Shown here: positions 19,913 through 30,379 of the stretch, piece by piece
Numbering within the stretch: position 1 is the stretch's first letter
Layout of the letters: the number at the start of each line of letters is the position of its first letter
Assembly: GCA_965223265.1 (NCBI GenBank)
Contig: OZ244999.1
Location: 2,400,001-2,464,000 of the forward strand
Direction: 5' to 3'
Source of the DNA: Planctomycetota bacterium
GTDB lineage: Bacteria; Planctomycetota; UBA8108; SXIK01
Length of the DNA stretch: 64,000 nt
Notes under the pieces: model-generated
Told to the model about the DNA's origin: nothing
Database searches by the model: none
What the model saw: the letters and a program-made list of their open reading frames with translations, nothing else
Position numbers and translations under genes: made by a program

Positions 19913-22309
19913 TCAGAACTCGTGATACTTTGACAGTTTGAGCACGACTGCTTCGATGCGACGTCGAATCCCGTAGTCGCGACCCATCTGGCTCTGCTCG
20001 AGCAGCTCTTTGTCGGCCAGTCGCTCACGGAGAAACGGAACGGCGCGCAGCGCGTCGATTCCGAGGTTGTTCATGCCTTCGATCGCGGCGAGGCGAACGA
20101 ACGGACTTTCGTGCTTCATCTTTTCGACCAGCAGCGGAAGATCGTGCGGTCCGATCTTTGCGAGCGAAATCCGGGCAGCGTAGCGATCCTCGTCGTCCTC
20201 CATCAAGTTGAACAGCGCCGGGACGGCGGCCTGCGCCGGTGGGCCGATTTCTCCCAGTTCGTAGGCGGCCACACGCCGCACTTCGCGGTCTGCATCCTTG
20301 AGCGCTTTGAGAAGCGGTGGCACGAGCTGGGTGACGTCGTGGATGATGGGGCGGAACGATTCGATGACGAGAATGCGAAAGGCACTTTCCTCGTGATGGA
20401 GAGCGCTTACGAGTTGAGGTACGCACGGCAACGATTTCTCGCCGTGACGCTGGAGCGACAGAAGGGCCTGTCGCCGTACACTTACGGACGCATCGGCGAT
20501 CGCCGCGCCGAGCCCGGCGAGCAGCGGCGGTCCGGGGGCGTTCACCGTTCCGAGCGCGAACGCTGCGCTGGCGCGCACAGTCGGGACCGGATCCTGCAAG
20601 CTCTCCAGGAGAGGCGGCACGATCGCTGCCGTGACCGTATCCGTGGCGACTCCAGCTGCCGCGCCGAGTGCACGACTGGCTTCGCTGCGGATTTGGCTGT
20701 CGGTGTCGCGTAAGGCGTTGACGAGGGCTTGGGTGGCGCGCGCGGCGGTCCGCGGCTGACTCGCGAGTGAGACGGTCGCTGCCCGGCGCACCTGCGTTTC
20801 CGGGTCAGTGAGTGCGCCGACGTAGAGAGAAGTGTGCTCGACGTCGTCTCCTGCGGTCTGGCTCAGCGCGATCGCTGCTGCGGCGCGAACCGCCGCGCTC
20901 GTGTCCGACAGCGCGGCCGCAAGATCGTCGGATCGGTCGCGGGCAGAGGCGCCAAACTCGCCGAGGGTCTCGGCTGCCGCCGCGCGCACGATCGCCGCGT
21001 CATCGTGCAGTAGCGAAGCGATGCGCGCCACGATTCTTGCACGGAGGTCAGCATCGGCACTCTTTCCCATCGCGAGCGCGAGGGAGGCACCCGCGCGAAC
21101 GCCGGGGGAGCGATGATCGAGACTGTCGACGAGGGAAGGTATGGCGTCCGATCCAATCTCGACGAGGGCCGTGACGAGACGGCGCAGGGTCGACTCGCCG
21201 AGTGACGGCGTCGTGAGAGCGCCAAGAATGCTTGGGACTGCGACGACGCCAAACGCGCTGAGTGCCTCGGGAAGCACGAAGTCGCTGTCTGATTCTCCGA
21301 TCCTCACAAGCGCGCCGACCAGTACCGCCGCGGCGTTCGACGAGATTTCGCTCGCACCTCCGACATCGAGTAAGTTCAGAAGATGCGCCGCACGAAGGAC
21401 CGTGGCGACGTCACCACGAGCGACCAGCTGGTTGAGGCCCGCGATTGCGATCGCGGGCGGTCGAACAAGGACCAAGAGTTCACCGGCTGTGTGGCGGACT
21501 GCGGCGTCATCGTCTTGAAGGAGCTGCGTGAGGAGCGGGACTAGTTCGGACGGTGCCAGGCCAATGAGAGCCACCGCTCGCGCCGCGCTGGATCGAACAT
21601 CTGCGCGGCCGTCATGGACAAACTCTTTGACCGTGGACAGTGTTGCGTGTGCTGGTGGACCGATGGCTTGGAGCGCACGGAGAGCGCCCGCGATGGCGTC
21701 GCTTTCCGTGTCCGCCAACACGCCGAGCAGAGGAGACACACTTTGGCCGCCGAACCGTCCGAGCGCGAGGGCCGCTTGGTCGCGCACGGTAGCATCCGTG
21801 TCGCCCAGAAGAGCTATGAGGTGTGGCGTCGACTTGGCGGCCGATACTCCGATCCAGCCGAGTGCCTGCGCCGCGCCGGCGCGGCGGCGCGCGGAGTCCG
21901 AGGTCAACGCTTTGACCAAGGCCGGCATCGAGCTCGGTCCGATCCTGGCGAGCGTGTCGGCTGAGCGATACCTGACCTGAGCTCGATCATGGTCGAGCGC
22001 TTCGACAATCACCGGCACCGCCGCGTGGGCTTTAGGTCCCAGCTCACGGAGAGCTCGCAGTGCGTCGGACCACACCTGCGGATCTCTGTCTGCGAGCGCT
22101 TCGATGAGCGCCGCGATGGCGCGCGGCGTCGAAGTGCGACGAAGCAGCAGTTTTCGCGCTGCATCGCGACGCACCTGAACTTCAGATGACTGAAGATCGG
22201 CGAGCGCTGCGATGACGGTGGCGTCGTCATCGTCACCGGACGCGTGTGCGGGATGCGAAGAGCACAGGCTGAGCGCGGCTATCGTGAAAGCTATGAACGA
22301 TCTATTCAA
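19913..22309 (-). CDS. Secreted HEAT/PBS-lyase repeat protein
   Basis: Signal peptide (PAHA|S) and many L..D.D..VR..AA.AL repeats. Confidence 0.88.
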   Translation of the reverse strand: MNRSFIAFTIAALSLCSSHPAHASGDDDDATVIAALADLQSSEVQVRRDAARKLLLRRTSTPRAIAALIEALADRDPQVWSDALRALRELGPKAHAAVPVIVEALDHDRAQVRYRSADTLARIGPSSMPALVKALTSDSARRRAGAAQALGWIGVSAAKSTPHLIALLGDTDATVRDQAALALGRFGGQSVSPLLGVLADTESDAIAGALRALQAIGPPAHATLSTVKEFVHDGRADVRSSAARAVALIGLAPSELVPLLTQLLQDDDAAVRHTAGELLVLVRPPAIAIAGLNQLVARGDVATVLRAAHLLNLLDVGGASEISSNAAAVLVGALVRIGESDSDFVLPEALSAFGVVAVPSILGALTTPSLGESTLRRLVTALVEIGSDAIPSLVDSLDHRSPGVRAGASLALAMGKSADADLRARIVARIASLLHDDAAIVRAAAAETLGEFGASARDRSDDLAAALSDTSAAVRAAAAIALSQTAGDDVEHTSLYVGALTDPETQVRRAATVSLASQPRTAARATQALVNALRDTDSQIRSEASRALGAAAGVATDTVTAAIVPPLLESLQDPVPTVRASAAFALGTVNAPGPPLLAGLGAAIADASVSVRRQALLSLQRHGEKSLPCVPQLVSALHHEESAFRILVIESFRPIIHDVTQLVPPLLKALKDADREVRRVAAYELGEIGPPAQAAVPALFNLMEDDEDRYAARISLAKIGPHDLPLLVEKMKHESPFVRLAAIEGMNNLGIDALRAVPFLRERLADKELLEQSQMGRDYGIRRRIEAVVLKLSKYHEF

Positions 22310-22497
22310 CGTTCTCGTCGCCGGAAACGCAGTCAGTCATCGAAGTCTCGTGGAGTCATTGTATCCCATGATCCTCGAGAAGAGTGCCCCGATCGGCTAT
22401 AACGGGCGTAAAGATGGCTCATGTACGGCACAAGCGCGGACGTGGCACGGAAGGTATTTCGGCTGAATCTCCCGTCGCTGTGCAGCAAGGATAACTT

Positions 22498-25400
22498 TTG
22501 TATGAGCTCGAAACGATGATCGAAGCGGCGGCGACGAACGCCTGCCCCCAGCCTCTCGGCGCTTGTGAACAAGCAGCGAGTTGGCGACCTCGATGTCTGC
22601 GTTCGGCGCGTGCCGGTTCGGCGGCGGTGGCGCTCGGGATTTGCATCGCGAGTCTGTTGTGGGGCACGGCCTCTCTCGTTGCAGACGTTGAGGAACCAAC
22701 TGTGAAGCCGTTGCTGCTTCGCGAGTGGCGTTTCGATCGCGATGGTGCAGGGTGGATCGCCCAGAGGGATTGCCGCCGGACGGTCATCGACGGCATGCTC
22801 TCTGTCGAGTGTACGGGTGACAACGCAGCTCTCGTGGAGCATGTTTCTGCCGCGCCGGGGCTCATGAAGCTCTCGCTGCGCATGCGCGTTGAGTCGGAAC
22901 ACCCAGGTCGCGGACAACTGTTTTGGGTCACTTCGAGCCATCCGCGTCCTTCCACCGCACGATCGACGGTGTTCTCGGTCTTTCGCGGTTTTCAGTGGCA
23001 TGATTACGCGCTCTGGATTCGCCCTGACGAGGCCATCAGCGCGCTTTGGTTCGCGCCGATGAACACACCAGCGCGGGTGGACATCGAACGCATGGCGCTC
23101 GAGCGCGCGGAGTTTCCGGCTGCGCAGGCAACTCCGGTGAGCGATATCGAACTGTTGCCGGGTTTTCGTGCTGAGCTTCTTTACTCAGTTCCCAAGGAAG
23201 AGCACGGCTCGTGGGTGTGCATGGCCTTCGACCCGCGTGGCCGTCTGGTCGCATCGGATCAGTACGGTTCGCTCTATCGCATCACACTTCCGCGCGGCGA
23301 TCGCGCCATTGAGGTCGAAAGGCTGGACGTCGACATCGGTCAGTGCCAGGGAATGCTGTTTGCGTACGACAGTCTCTACGTCACTGTCAACGGTGTCGCG
23401 GCGCAGAGTCGCGGTTTCTATCGTCTCCAGGATACGAGCGGCGACGATCAATTCGACAAGGTCGAGCTCCTCAAAAGTTTCACTCCCGTCCCGCGCGATC
23501 ACAGCGATCATGGTCCCCATGCAATTGCTTTAGGACCGGACGGCATGTTGTACGTGTTGGGAGGAAATAACTGTGCGATTCCAACGGACTCGACACCCAC
23601 GTCACCGCATCGCAACTGGAGAGAGGACCTCCTCATTCCCCGACACACTGATCCCAACGGCCACAACACGCGCTGTTTGGCCCCCGGTGGCTGGGTTTTT
23701 CGCACAGATAGGGACGCACGCGTCTGGGAGTTTGTGGCGGGGGGCTTTCGTAACCCGTACGACATTGCCTTCAATGAGCGGGGGGACTTGTTCACGTTCG
23801 ACTCGGACATGGAGTGGGACGTCGGCTGTCCGTGGTATCGACCGACGCGTGTCAACATGGTCTCGAGTGGTGCCGAGTATGGCTGGCGCAATGGTGCGGG
23901 AAAGTGGCCGCCATACTTTCCAGACAGTCTGCCGGCGATCATCGACATCGGCTTGGGTTGTCCGACCGGAGTCACAACGGGCGTCGGCGCGCGTTTCCCG
24001 GCGAAGTATCAACGTGCGCTGTTCGTGAACGACTGGACCTACGGCAAGATGTACGCCGTCCACTTGGTGCCGACCGGATCAGCGTACACCGCGACGTTTG
24101 AGACGTTTGTCAGCGGAAAACCTTTACCTCTCACAGACGTCGCGGTCGGGCCAGATGGTGCGCTCTACTTTTTGATCGGCGGGCGTCGACTGCAGTCCGG
24201 TCTCTATCGTGTGACCTACTTTGGGCGCGACCCGCCGCAGCGGGCGCTGGCGACTGAAGGGGCCGCGAAGGTCGACGGGACGGCGATCGACGGGAAAGCG
24301 ACGACGACTGACGAGGTCGCTACCAAGAAGGTGGCCGCGGCCCGCCGACTGCGCCGGCGCTTGGAAGCGTACCATGGACGTCACAACGCGAATGCCGTCA
24401 ATGAGGCGTGGGAGCACTTGAACAGCGATGACCCGTTCTTGCGCAGTGCTGCCCGCATCGCGATCGAACATCAGCCAGTGTCTACCTGGCGTGAACGAGC
24501 CCTGGCAGAGATGCGGCCGACTGCCGCGATCCAGGCGCTCGTAGCGCTGGCGAGGAACGGATCTCCAGAGGTGCAAGGACGACTGATCAAGCAGCTGAGC
24601 GCTCTCCCCATCGAACGACTCACAGAAGAACAGGCTCTTGGCATTCTGCGCGCGTACGCTCTCGCCTTCAGCCGTTTGGGACCCCCGGACGATGCCACGG
24701 CGGCTGAAGTCGTCGGTCGTCTCGATCCTCTCTACCCCTCACCGAGCGACCTCTTGAATCGAGAGCTCTGTCGAGTGCTGACGTACTTGCAGGCGCCGAC
24801 CGTGGTCCCCAAGACGATGGCTCTTCTGGAACGGGCGGCGACGCAGGAAGATCAGATGTATTTCGTCTACGCTTTGAGTAGCGCACGAGAGGGTTGGACT
24901 CTTCCGCTGCAGAGAAAGTACTTCAGCTGGTTCCATGTCGCGACTGCGAAGTACACCGGCGGCGTGTCGTTTCAGGGATATGTGAAGAGTATTCAGAAGG
25001 CTGCTGAGGCGCATCTCAGCGATGCGTCGCGAGCTGCTCTCAAGGACGTCTTGGAGGGTGAAGTCACGCTGTCAGTAGTCTCCTCAGATGTCAGTCGACG
25101 CTACGTTCACAACTGGCAGATGGCAGATATTGTCCCTGCACTTGCCGACGTTTCTCATGGGCGGTCTTTCGAAAAAGGAAAAGCTGCGTTTGAGGCGACG
25201 AGGTGTCTTGCATGCCACCGTCTCAACGGTCAAGGAGGGGCGACGGGTCCAGATCTCACCACCGTGGGCAACCGGTTCAGTGACCGCGACGTCCTCGAGT
25301 CGATCTTACATCCCTCGAAGGTGATTGCGGACCAGTATCGGCCAACGCAGTTCGTATTGAACGACGGCAGTGTGCTGGTCGGTAACGTCGAAGAAGAGAG

Positions 25401-25674
25401 CGACGAGAGCTTGGTTCTCAGGGCGCATCCGCTCGCACCGGAGAGTCGTCGATTCAAAAAGTCGAGTGTGGTCACACGCCAGCCCGCGGCGCTTTCCTTG
25501 ATGCCAGCGGGTCTGGTCAGCATCCTCACGAAGGACGAGGTGCTCGACTTGGTCGCCTATGTGCGGGCAGGAGGTAACCCCAAAGCAGCCGCGTTTCAGC
25601 CGCGACCATCGCAAGGTAAGGGGCAGTCATCGGATCCACCTCGTCAGAAGAGTGCGGACTCGGGCACACCGTGA
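22498..25674 (+). CDS. PVC-type putative membrane-bound dehydrogenase with C-terminal heme-binding cytochrome c domain
   Basis: Beta-propeller motifs (GFRNPYDIAF, TFDSDMEWD, WYRPTR), helical middle region, CLACH...GPDLT...ESILHPS...SLMP; start uncertain. Confidence 0.88.
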   Translation: MYELETMIEAAATNACPQPLGACEQAASWRPRCLRSARAGSAAVALGICIASLLWGTASLVADVEEPTVKPLLLREWRFDRDGAGWIAQRDCRRTVIDGMLSVECTGDNAALVEHVSAAPGLMKLSLRMRVESEHPGRGQLFWVTSSHPRPSTARSTVFSVFRGFQWHDYALWIRPDEAISALWFAPMNTPARVDIERMALERAEFPAAQATPVSDIELLPGFRAELLYSVPKEEHGSWVCMAFDPRGRLVASDQYGSLYRITLPRGDRAIEVERLDVDIGQCQGMLFAYDSLYVTVNGVAAQSRGFYRLQDTSGDDQFDKVELLKSFTPVPRDHSDHGPHAIALGPDGMLYVLGGNNCAIPTDSTPTSPHRNWREDLLIPRHTDPNGHNTRCLAPGGWVFRTDRDARVWEFVAGGFRNPYDIAFNERGDLFTFDSDMEWDVGCPWYRPTRVNMVSSGAEYGWRNGAGKWPPYFPDSLPAIIDIGLGCPTGVTTGVGARFPAKYQRALFVNDWTYGKMYAVHLVPTGSAYTATFETFVSGKPLPLTDVAVGPDGALYFLIGGRRLQSGLYRVTYFGRDPPQRALATEGAAKVDGTAIDGKATTTDEVATKKVAAARRLRRRLEAYHGRHNANAVNEAWEHLNSDDPFLRSAARIAIEHQPVSTWRERALAEMRPTAAIQALVALARNGSPEVQGRLIKQLSALPIERLTEEQALGILRAYALAFSRLGPPDDATAAEVVGRLDPLYPSPSDLLNRELCRVLTYLQAPTVVPKTMALLERAATQEDQMYFVYALSSAREGWTLPLQRKYFSWFHVATAKYTGGVSFQGYVKSIQKAAEAHLSDASRAALKDVLEGEVTLSVVSSDVSRRYVHNWQMADIVPALADVSHGRSFEKGKAAFEATRCLACHRLNGQGGATGPDLTTVGNRFSDRDVLESILHPSKVIADQYRPTQFVLNDGSVLVGNVEEESDESLVLRAHPLAPESRRFKKSSVVTRQPAALSLMPAGLVSILTKDEVLDLVAYVRAGGNPKAAAFQPRPSQGKGQSSDPPRQKSADSGTP

Positions 25675-25773
25675 GCGGGGCGCCGACGCTGGCAGGATCG
25701 ACCTGAGCGACTTGAACAACTTGAACGATCTGCGACGAGGCATCGGGCACGTGAAAGTTCTTGGAGGCGAACA

Positions 25774-28062
25774 ATGAGAAAGCAGCGCGCGAGCTGGCGG
25801 CGAGGCACCCTGAACGTTGGACAAGTTGCGGGCGTATTCGTCTGTTTTGCTGCGTTTCTCTCGTGCCTCTTGCTCGATTCAGTGGCGGCTCAAGAGCAAG
25901 ACCGTGTAGGCGTGAAGAATTCGACCGACGATGCGGAGATGATCTTGATCCCGGCGGGGACCTTCTTCATGGGAAGCTCGTCGGACGAGGTCGATGCTCA
26001 GTTTCTCGATACGAAGTTGCCGGAGGATTGGAAGAAGTACACTGCCGACGAGCAGCCGCGACACGAACGCGAGGTGCGGGCTTTCTACATCTACAAGTAC
26101 GAAGTGACGAATGCGCAGTACAAGATGTTCGTTGACGCTACGGGGCACCGGTCGCCACCGCACTGGAGTGGAACGACTTACCCAGAAGGTAAAGACAAAC
26201 ACCCGGTGGTGGAGGTGAGCTGGGACGACGCGCAGGCATACTGTCGCTGGGCCGGAACGCGCCTGCCGACCGAGGCCGAGTGGGAGTACGCTGCCCGGGG
26301 CGACGGCGGAGCCGGAGAGGCAAGCCTCGCGTTTCCGTGGGGAGACGCGTGGGATCGAACCGTCTGCAACAACTCGTCGTTTCACGCCGGCAAAGAGATC
26401 ACAAGCGCTGACGACTGGAACGCGTGGTACAAGGGCGTCGAGGCGTCGTCGTTTCCGCTCACAACTCCCGTCGGTCTGTTCTCGAAGTCGGCGAGCCCTT
26501 TTGGAGTCGAGGACATGGCAGGCAACGCGTGGGAGTGGTGTGCGGACATTCAGGCACCCTATCCTGAGCAGCGCGCCAACGACGCGGACAACCAGAAACT
26601 ACGCGCACGGCGCGGCGGATCGTGGGCGAACGTCGCGCTTCACATTCGCAGCGCTGACAGGCAACCTGCAGCGCACGACAACGTGAATCTCTACACCGGG
26701 TTTCGTTGCGTCAAACCAGTCATCGAGCAAGCCGGCGATCTCTTCGTCGAGTTCGTTTTGAATGAAATCGAAGCAGCGCGGCATCAACTGCCGGTGATGA
26801 CGCAAGCCGCAGAGCTCGCGGCGCAGCGCATCGTCGATCGAAAAGGCGAGTTGCTGTCGGCCGGGGATCAGAGTTTTGCATTGGAGCCGGTGTGGCGAGC
26901 CGGTGGGATCGCCTTCGCGCGACAGTACCAACCGGACAAAGAGAGCGCCGGTTTTTCACAGCTGGAATCGACCGGGGATGAAGTCCCGTACTATCGCACG
27001 AAAGAATTCGTCGAACACTTCACTGTGCAGAAGGCTTCGAAGGACGACGTCGTCCTTTTGGGTTTCGAGAACGAGAAGGAGGAGCAGCGTCATCTCACTT
27101 CGACGGTGGAAGAACTCTTGAGCGCCGAGGCGCTTGTCGTGTTCTTTGGCTCGTCGTTGGCAGCCGCAGAGCTGCAGGCAAAGTTCGGGGCGCGCGACAA
27201 CTTAGTCATCGTTTCCCACCATGTCCCGGACGGCGGCATCGTCGAGGTCTCGGGCTGGCCTGAGAAGATCTGTTCCGGTCGAAGCATCGCCAATCGGCTC
27301 TACCTGTGGGCGTTTCAGGCCGAGCTGATCAGCGCCTTCATGCGGCGCGGCAAGATTCCTGGAATCTTGCTTTCGGTGACGTATGAAAGCCCTCAGATCT
27401 GGAATCTCCCGTTGCTCCATTCGTACCGATTCGTACCGGCGTTCGACGTCACGCCAGTGAAGGAAGGCGTTTTCGGAAACACCTACCTCGACCACTTGCG
27501 CCGGATCGTCGGCAGCATCGTGCCAGCGCAGCGTCGTCAGTTTCGCCAGGCGGCGACGTGGCTTGCCGATGCCGTCCGCTCGAAGGCGACCGCTTTCGCA
27601 CTTTTGATCCATGGCCTCGATCCCGAGGGCCTGCCCGGCGACCCAGGGTTCTTCAAGGTCTACAGTGAGGGGAACGCCTACTACCCGCAGCTCGACGGGG
27701 AGATGAAGAAGGGCGATGTGGCACTCTTCGTCGGCTACAACTGGTATCCGCGGCGACTGGCGGAGACGGTCGACCGCGCGGAGGGGAAGCAGATCCTCTG
27801 TTTCACTCTCGTCCAGGACGTGCCGCCCGTGCCGGCGGTCTACGGTGAGGTCGGCGAGCTCTTTCACCCGACGTCGTTCGACCAGGTGCCGCAGGGGGAC
27901 AACCGGATTTACATCGATCTGAAGTTCGCGCAGTACAACGCCGTTCTGAAGATTCCGGACTACCCGATTCCCGCGCTCGAAACATCGTCGTTTGCCGAGG
28001 ACGTGGTCTACTGGCACTTGGTGGCGGATGTCGCCGAAATCCTGGCGAAGGACTCCAAATGA
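25774..28062 (+). CDS. Secreted FGE-sulfatase (SUMF1-like) domain fused to a C-terminal SIS-like region
   Basis: IPAGTFFMGS, YEVTNAQY, RLPTEAEWEYAARG, DMAGNAWEW, RGGSW and GFRC motifs; about 450-aa alpha/beta C-terminal extension. Confidence 0.8.
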   Translation: MRKQRASWRRGTLNVGQVAGVFVCFAAFLSCLLLDSVAAQEQDRVGVKNSTDDAEMILIPAGTFFMGSSSDEVDAQFLDTKLPEDWKKYTADEQPRHEREVRAFYIYKYEVTNAQYKMFVDATGHRSPPHWSGTTYPEGKDKHPVVEVSWDDAQAYCRWAGTRLPTEAEWEYAARGDGGAGEASLAFPWGDAWDRTVCNNSSFHAGKEITSADDWNAWYKGVEASSFPLTTPVGLFSKSASPFGVEDMAGNAWEWCADIQAPYPEQRANDADNQKLRARRGGSWANVALHIRSADRQPAAHDNVNLYTGFRCVKPVIEQAGDLFVEFVLNEIEAARHQLPVMTQAAELAAQRIVDRKGELLSAGDQSFALEPVWRAGGIAFARQYQPDKESAGFSQLESTGDEVPYYRTKEFVEHFTVQKASKDDVVLLGFENEKEEQRHLTSTVEELLSAEALVVFFGSSLAAAELQAKFGARDNLVIVSHHVPDGGIVEVSGWPEKICSGRSIANRLYLWAFQAELISAFMRRGKIPGILLSVTYESPQIWNLPLLHSYRFVPAFDVTPVKEGVFGNTYLDHLRRIVGSIVPAQRRQFRQAATWLADAVRSKATAFALLIHGLDPEGLPGDPGFFKVYSEGNAYYPQLDGEMKKGDVALFVGYNWYPRRLAETVDRAEGKQILCFTLVQDVPPVPAVYGEVGELFHPTSFDQVPQGDNRIYIDLKFAQYNAVLKIPDYPIPALETSSFAEDVVYWHLVADVAEILAKDSK

Positions 28063-28108
28063 GTTCCGCTGTCCAGTCACACTGGCGCCCGAAACTCATG
28101 TCCGGAAG

Positions 28109-28180
28109 GTAGCAGGCACACTCCTGTGTGCCGTCCGGAGGTGACCGTGGACCCGTGGCCGCGAGTAACAACGGCACGTG
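28109..28180. repeat. GTAG-type REP doublet
   Basis: GTAGCAGGCACACTCCTGTGTGCCGT...ACGGCACGT; aligns with the reverse complement of 16390-16450. Confidence 0.75.
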
Positions 28181-28602
28181 TTATTCACAGCCTCAGGAGT
28201 GCGCTCGCCGCTTCGGTGCACGAAGCGACCAACTGAATCTGCGTGAAGTGCTCGCGCTGCGAGCTCGGCGGCTCGCAAGGGGAACACTGTCAAGAAACGT
28301 GACAGATCGGACAAGCCCTCTCGCTCGCGCCGTTGCCCAAACCACAGCGAAGTGTCAACCGATGACGATGGCTGAAATCGCAGCGACGCCTCTCCGAACT
28401 TGTTTTCCTTACACGGTTCTGTGCGGTGATTTCCACGACTCGCTATAGGCAAGCGCTGCGGTCGCGAGTCGCGTCCGGAGAACCTGCTCGTAAGGCTGTG
28501 CGGCGATTCGGCACGAATCTTGACGCATCCTTCGATGACAGTTCACTCGGGAAGCTCACCTTCCGCTTTTGATTTATATCTCCCACCTTCGAAAGGTTCG
28601 AC

Positions 28603-29805
28603 ATGCTCTACCGTGCCACCCCTCAACGCGGCCACGCCTTGATCCTCAGCGTCATGGCTCTCGCCCTGTTGGCCGGACTTTCGGCGGCTCAGGTTACTTC
28701 GTACGTGAAAAATCAGCAGCAGGCCTCCTTTTTTGAGACGCGATCTGAGTTGCGGGACGCCGCTGAGTCGGGTCTTGCCATCGCGGTGCATGACTTCGAG
28801 AGCGGTGCCGGCGAGCTGGGATTCATCGGTACGAGCGCATGGACCACGGACTCTGACTTTGGCGCCGACGGCTATCCTGGAACGCTTGACGACGGTGAGT
28901 CAGACGGTTTGCCGACAGCAGGAGAGCCTGGAGTTTTTCCGGTTCGGTTCGGGGCTGATCGTTTTCGTATGAGAGTCTACACGACAGTCGTTGACACTGC
29001 GTTTCCGAACGTGCGCCGTGCGATCTCCACCGCCATCACGGATTCGGACCAGGTTACTGTTGAGAAGTTGATTCAGACGACTGAGGCGTTCACGATCCCG
29101 AAAGTCGGCGCACTCTTCGTTGACCCAGGCGTGGCACTCGATTTCAACGGCAATGCTTTCTTTATCTCGGGGAACGACACCAATCCCGACGGCTCTGAGG
29201 GAAGCGGCGACGATCTTGCTGCACTGTCGACGGAAGAGGATCCCGACGAGCCAGGCGACAATCTCAACTCCCTCATGTCACAGCTCGACGACAAGACGTA
29301 CGATCAGCTCGAAGGTGCCGGCGGTTTTCCGTCCGTCGACGAGAGCAGCGACATCGACGTGAACGCCCTCGCAGACCAGCTCTTCGCCATGGCGACGCCG
29401 CTGGAGCCCGGCGACTACTCGAGCGCCAGCTTCGGCAACTGGGAAAATCAGGACTTCCAGCTTCAGGCCGTACAGGGCAACCTGACGCTCTCGGGGTCGA
29501 CCAGTGGTGCTGGAATCCTCGTCGTCGACGGCTCACTGGATATCAGCGGCGAGTTTCAATACTACGGCCTCATTCTCGTCCGCGGCGACCTGCGCCTCAC
29601 CGGCGGTGGGTCGCAGGCTCACGTCTATGGCGCCGTCATGGTGACGGACTCCTTCAGCGCGATTGACCCGAGCGACTCCGGCGAGAGCGAAGTGACAGTG
29701 AACGGCACCGCCGACATCTACTACAGCTCGCAGGTCATCGACGCGATTCAGAATGCGTTTCAGCGAGACCCGACGCTTTCGACTCTCTACTACAAGGAGT
29801 CGTGA
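28603..29805 (+). CDS. PilX-like N-terminal domain protein with acidic beta-helix-like C-terminus
   Basis: QRG|HALILSVMALALL prepilin-like start, AAESGL PilX motif, C-terminal V.G.L.LSG...G.GILVV.G repeats. Confidence 0.7.
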   Translation: MLYRATPQRGHALILSVMALALLAGLSAAQVTSYVKNQQQASFFETRSELRDAAESGLAIAVHDFESGAGELGFIGTSAWTTDSDFGADGYPGTLDDGESDGLPTAGEPGVFPVRFGADRFRMRVYTTVVDTAFPNVRRAISTAITDSDQVTVEKLIQTTEAFTIPKVGALFVDPGVALDFNGNAFFISGNDTNPDGSEGSGDDLAALSTEEDPDEPGDNLNSLMSQLDDKTYDQLEGAGGFPSVDESSDIDVNALADQLFAMATPLEPGDYSSASFGNWENQDFQLQAVQGNLTLSGSTSGAGILVVDGSLDISGEFQYYGLILVRGDLRLTGGGSQAHVYGAVMVTDSFSAIDPSDSGESEVTVNGTADIYYSSQVIDAIQNAFQRDPTLSTLYYKES

Positions 29806-29967
29806 GCACTCCCGGGGGGGCCGGAGTCGACGGACTTCGGCCCAGGTTCATTTTTGACCCCGACGGAGGAATCGGCCGTTCGGTGAGGCGATGGCAACTT
29901 TCCGCTGGTGAAAAACGCCCGCCTTACGGCGGATCGCCGTCAGAGACAACCGTTTCCGGTGCTGACG

Positions 29968-30170
29968 GGAATTCTCATGCAGCTCTGAGAGTTCGGAGAC
30001 AAGAGCTGACCGCAGACGGAGCTCCAAACAGAGCGTGATCTGACCAGCTGACCAGCCGCCCTACGGCGGTCGCACGCGGTCAGGTTGATTCGAGCATGGC
30101 GTTTTCAGCTCCGCGTCAAGAGTCGTGGTTAACCTACGCCCCTGAGTTGCGACAACTGCATGAGAATCCC
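29968..30170. mobile_element. Putative 203-bp MITE
   Basis: Terminal inverted repeats GGAATTCTCATGCAG (29968-29982) and the reverse complement of 30156-30170 (GGGATTCTCATGCAG), 14/15 match; no coding capacity, no clear TSD. Confidence 0.5.
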
Positions 30171-30241
30171 CTTCGTAGTGTCAAAACGAGAGCCCCCGAC
30201 AGAGGTGCGCCCCCGAAGCACGTCGTTTCGACGTCCGAAGC

Positions 30242-30349
30242 AACGACCTGATTGACCGCCTTGCAAGGGCGCAGAAGGAACTGGCGCTGCGCACAGCGTC
30301 TGGTGATCATGTAAGTCGTCCCAGGGATGATTCGTCGCGGCGCTGTCAT
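30242..30349 (-). pseudogene. N-terminal remnant of a Y1/HUH (RAYT-like) transposase
   Basis: MTAPRRIIPGTTYMITRRCAQRQFLLRP..VNQV is a typical RAYT/IS200-like N-terminus; similarity stops after about 36 codons. Confidence 0.7.
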
Positions 30350-30364
30350 CGCCGCGACCTATAG

Positions 30365-30379
30365 GCAAACGCTGTTCCA
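30365..30379 (-). promoter_or_regulatory. Putative sigma-54 promoter
   Basis: Minus strand TGGAAC-AGCGT-TTGC with correct GG/GC spacing, just upstream of the transposase remnant. Confidence 0.45.

Noticed and set aside
25699-25740. Short 9-bp tandem repeat (CGACCTGAG/CGACTTGAA/CAACTTGAA)
   Set aside because: Only about four degenerate units; no supportable function.
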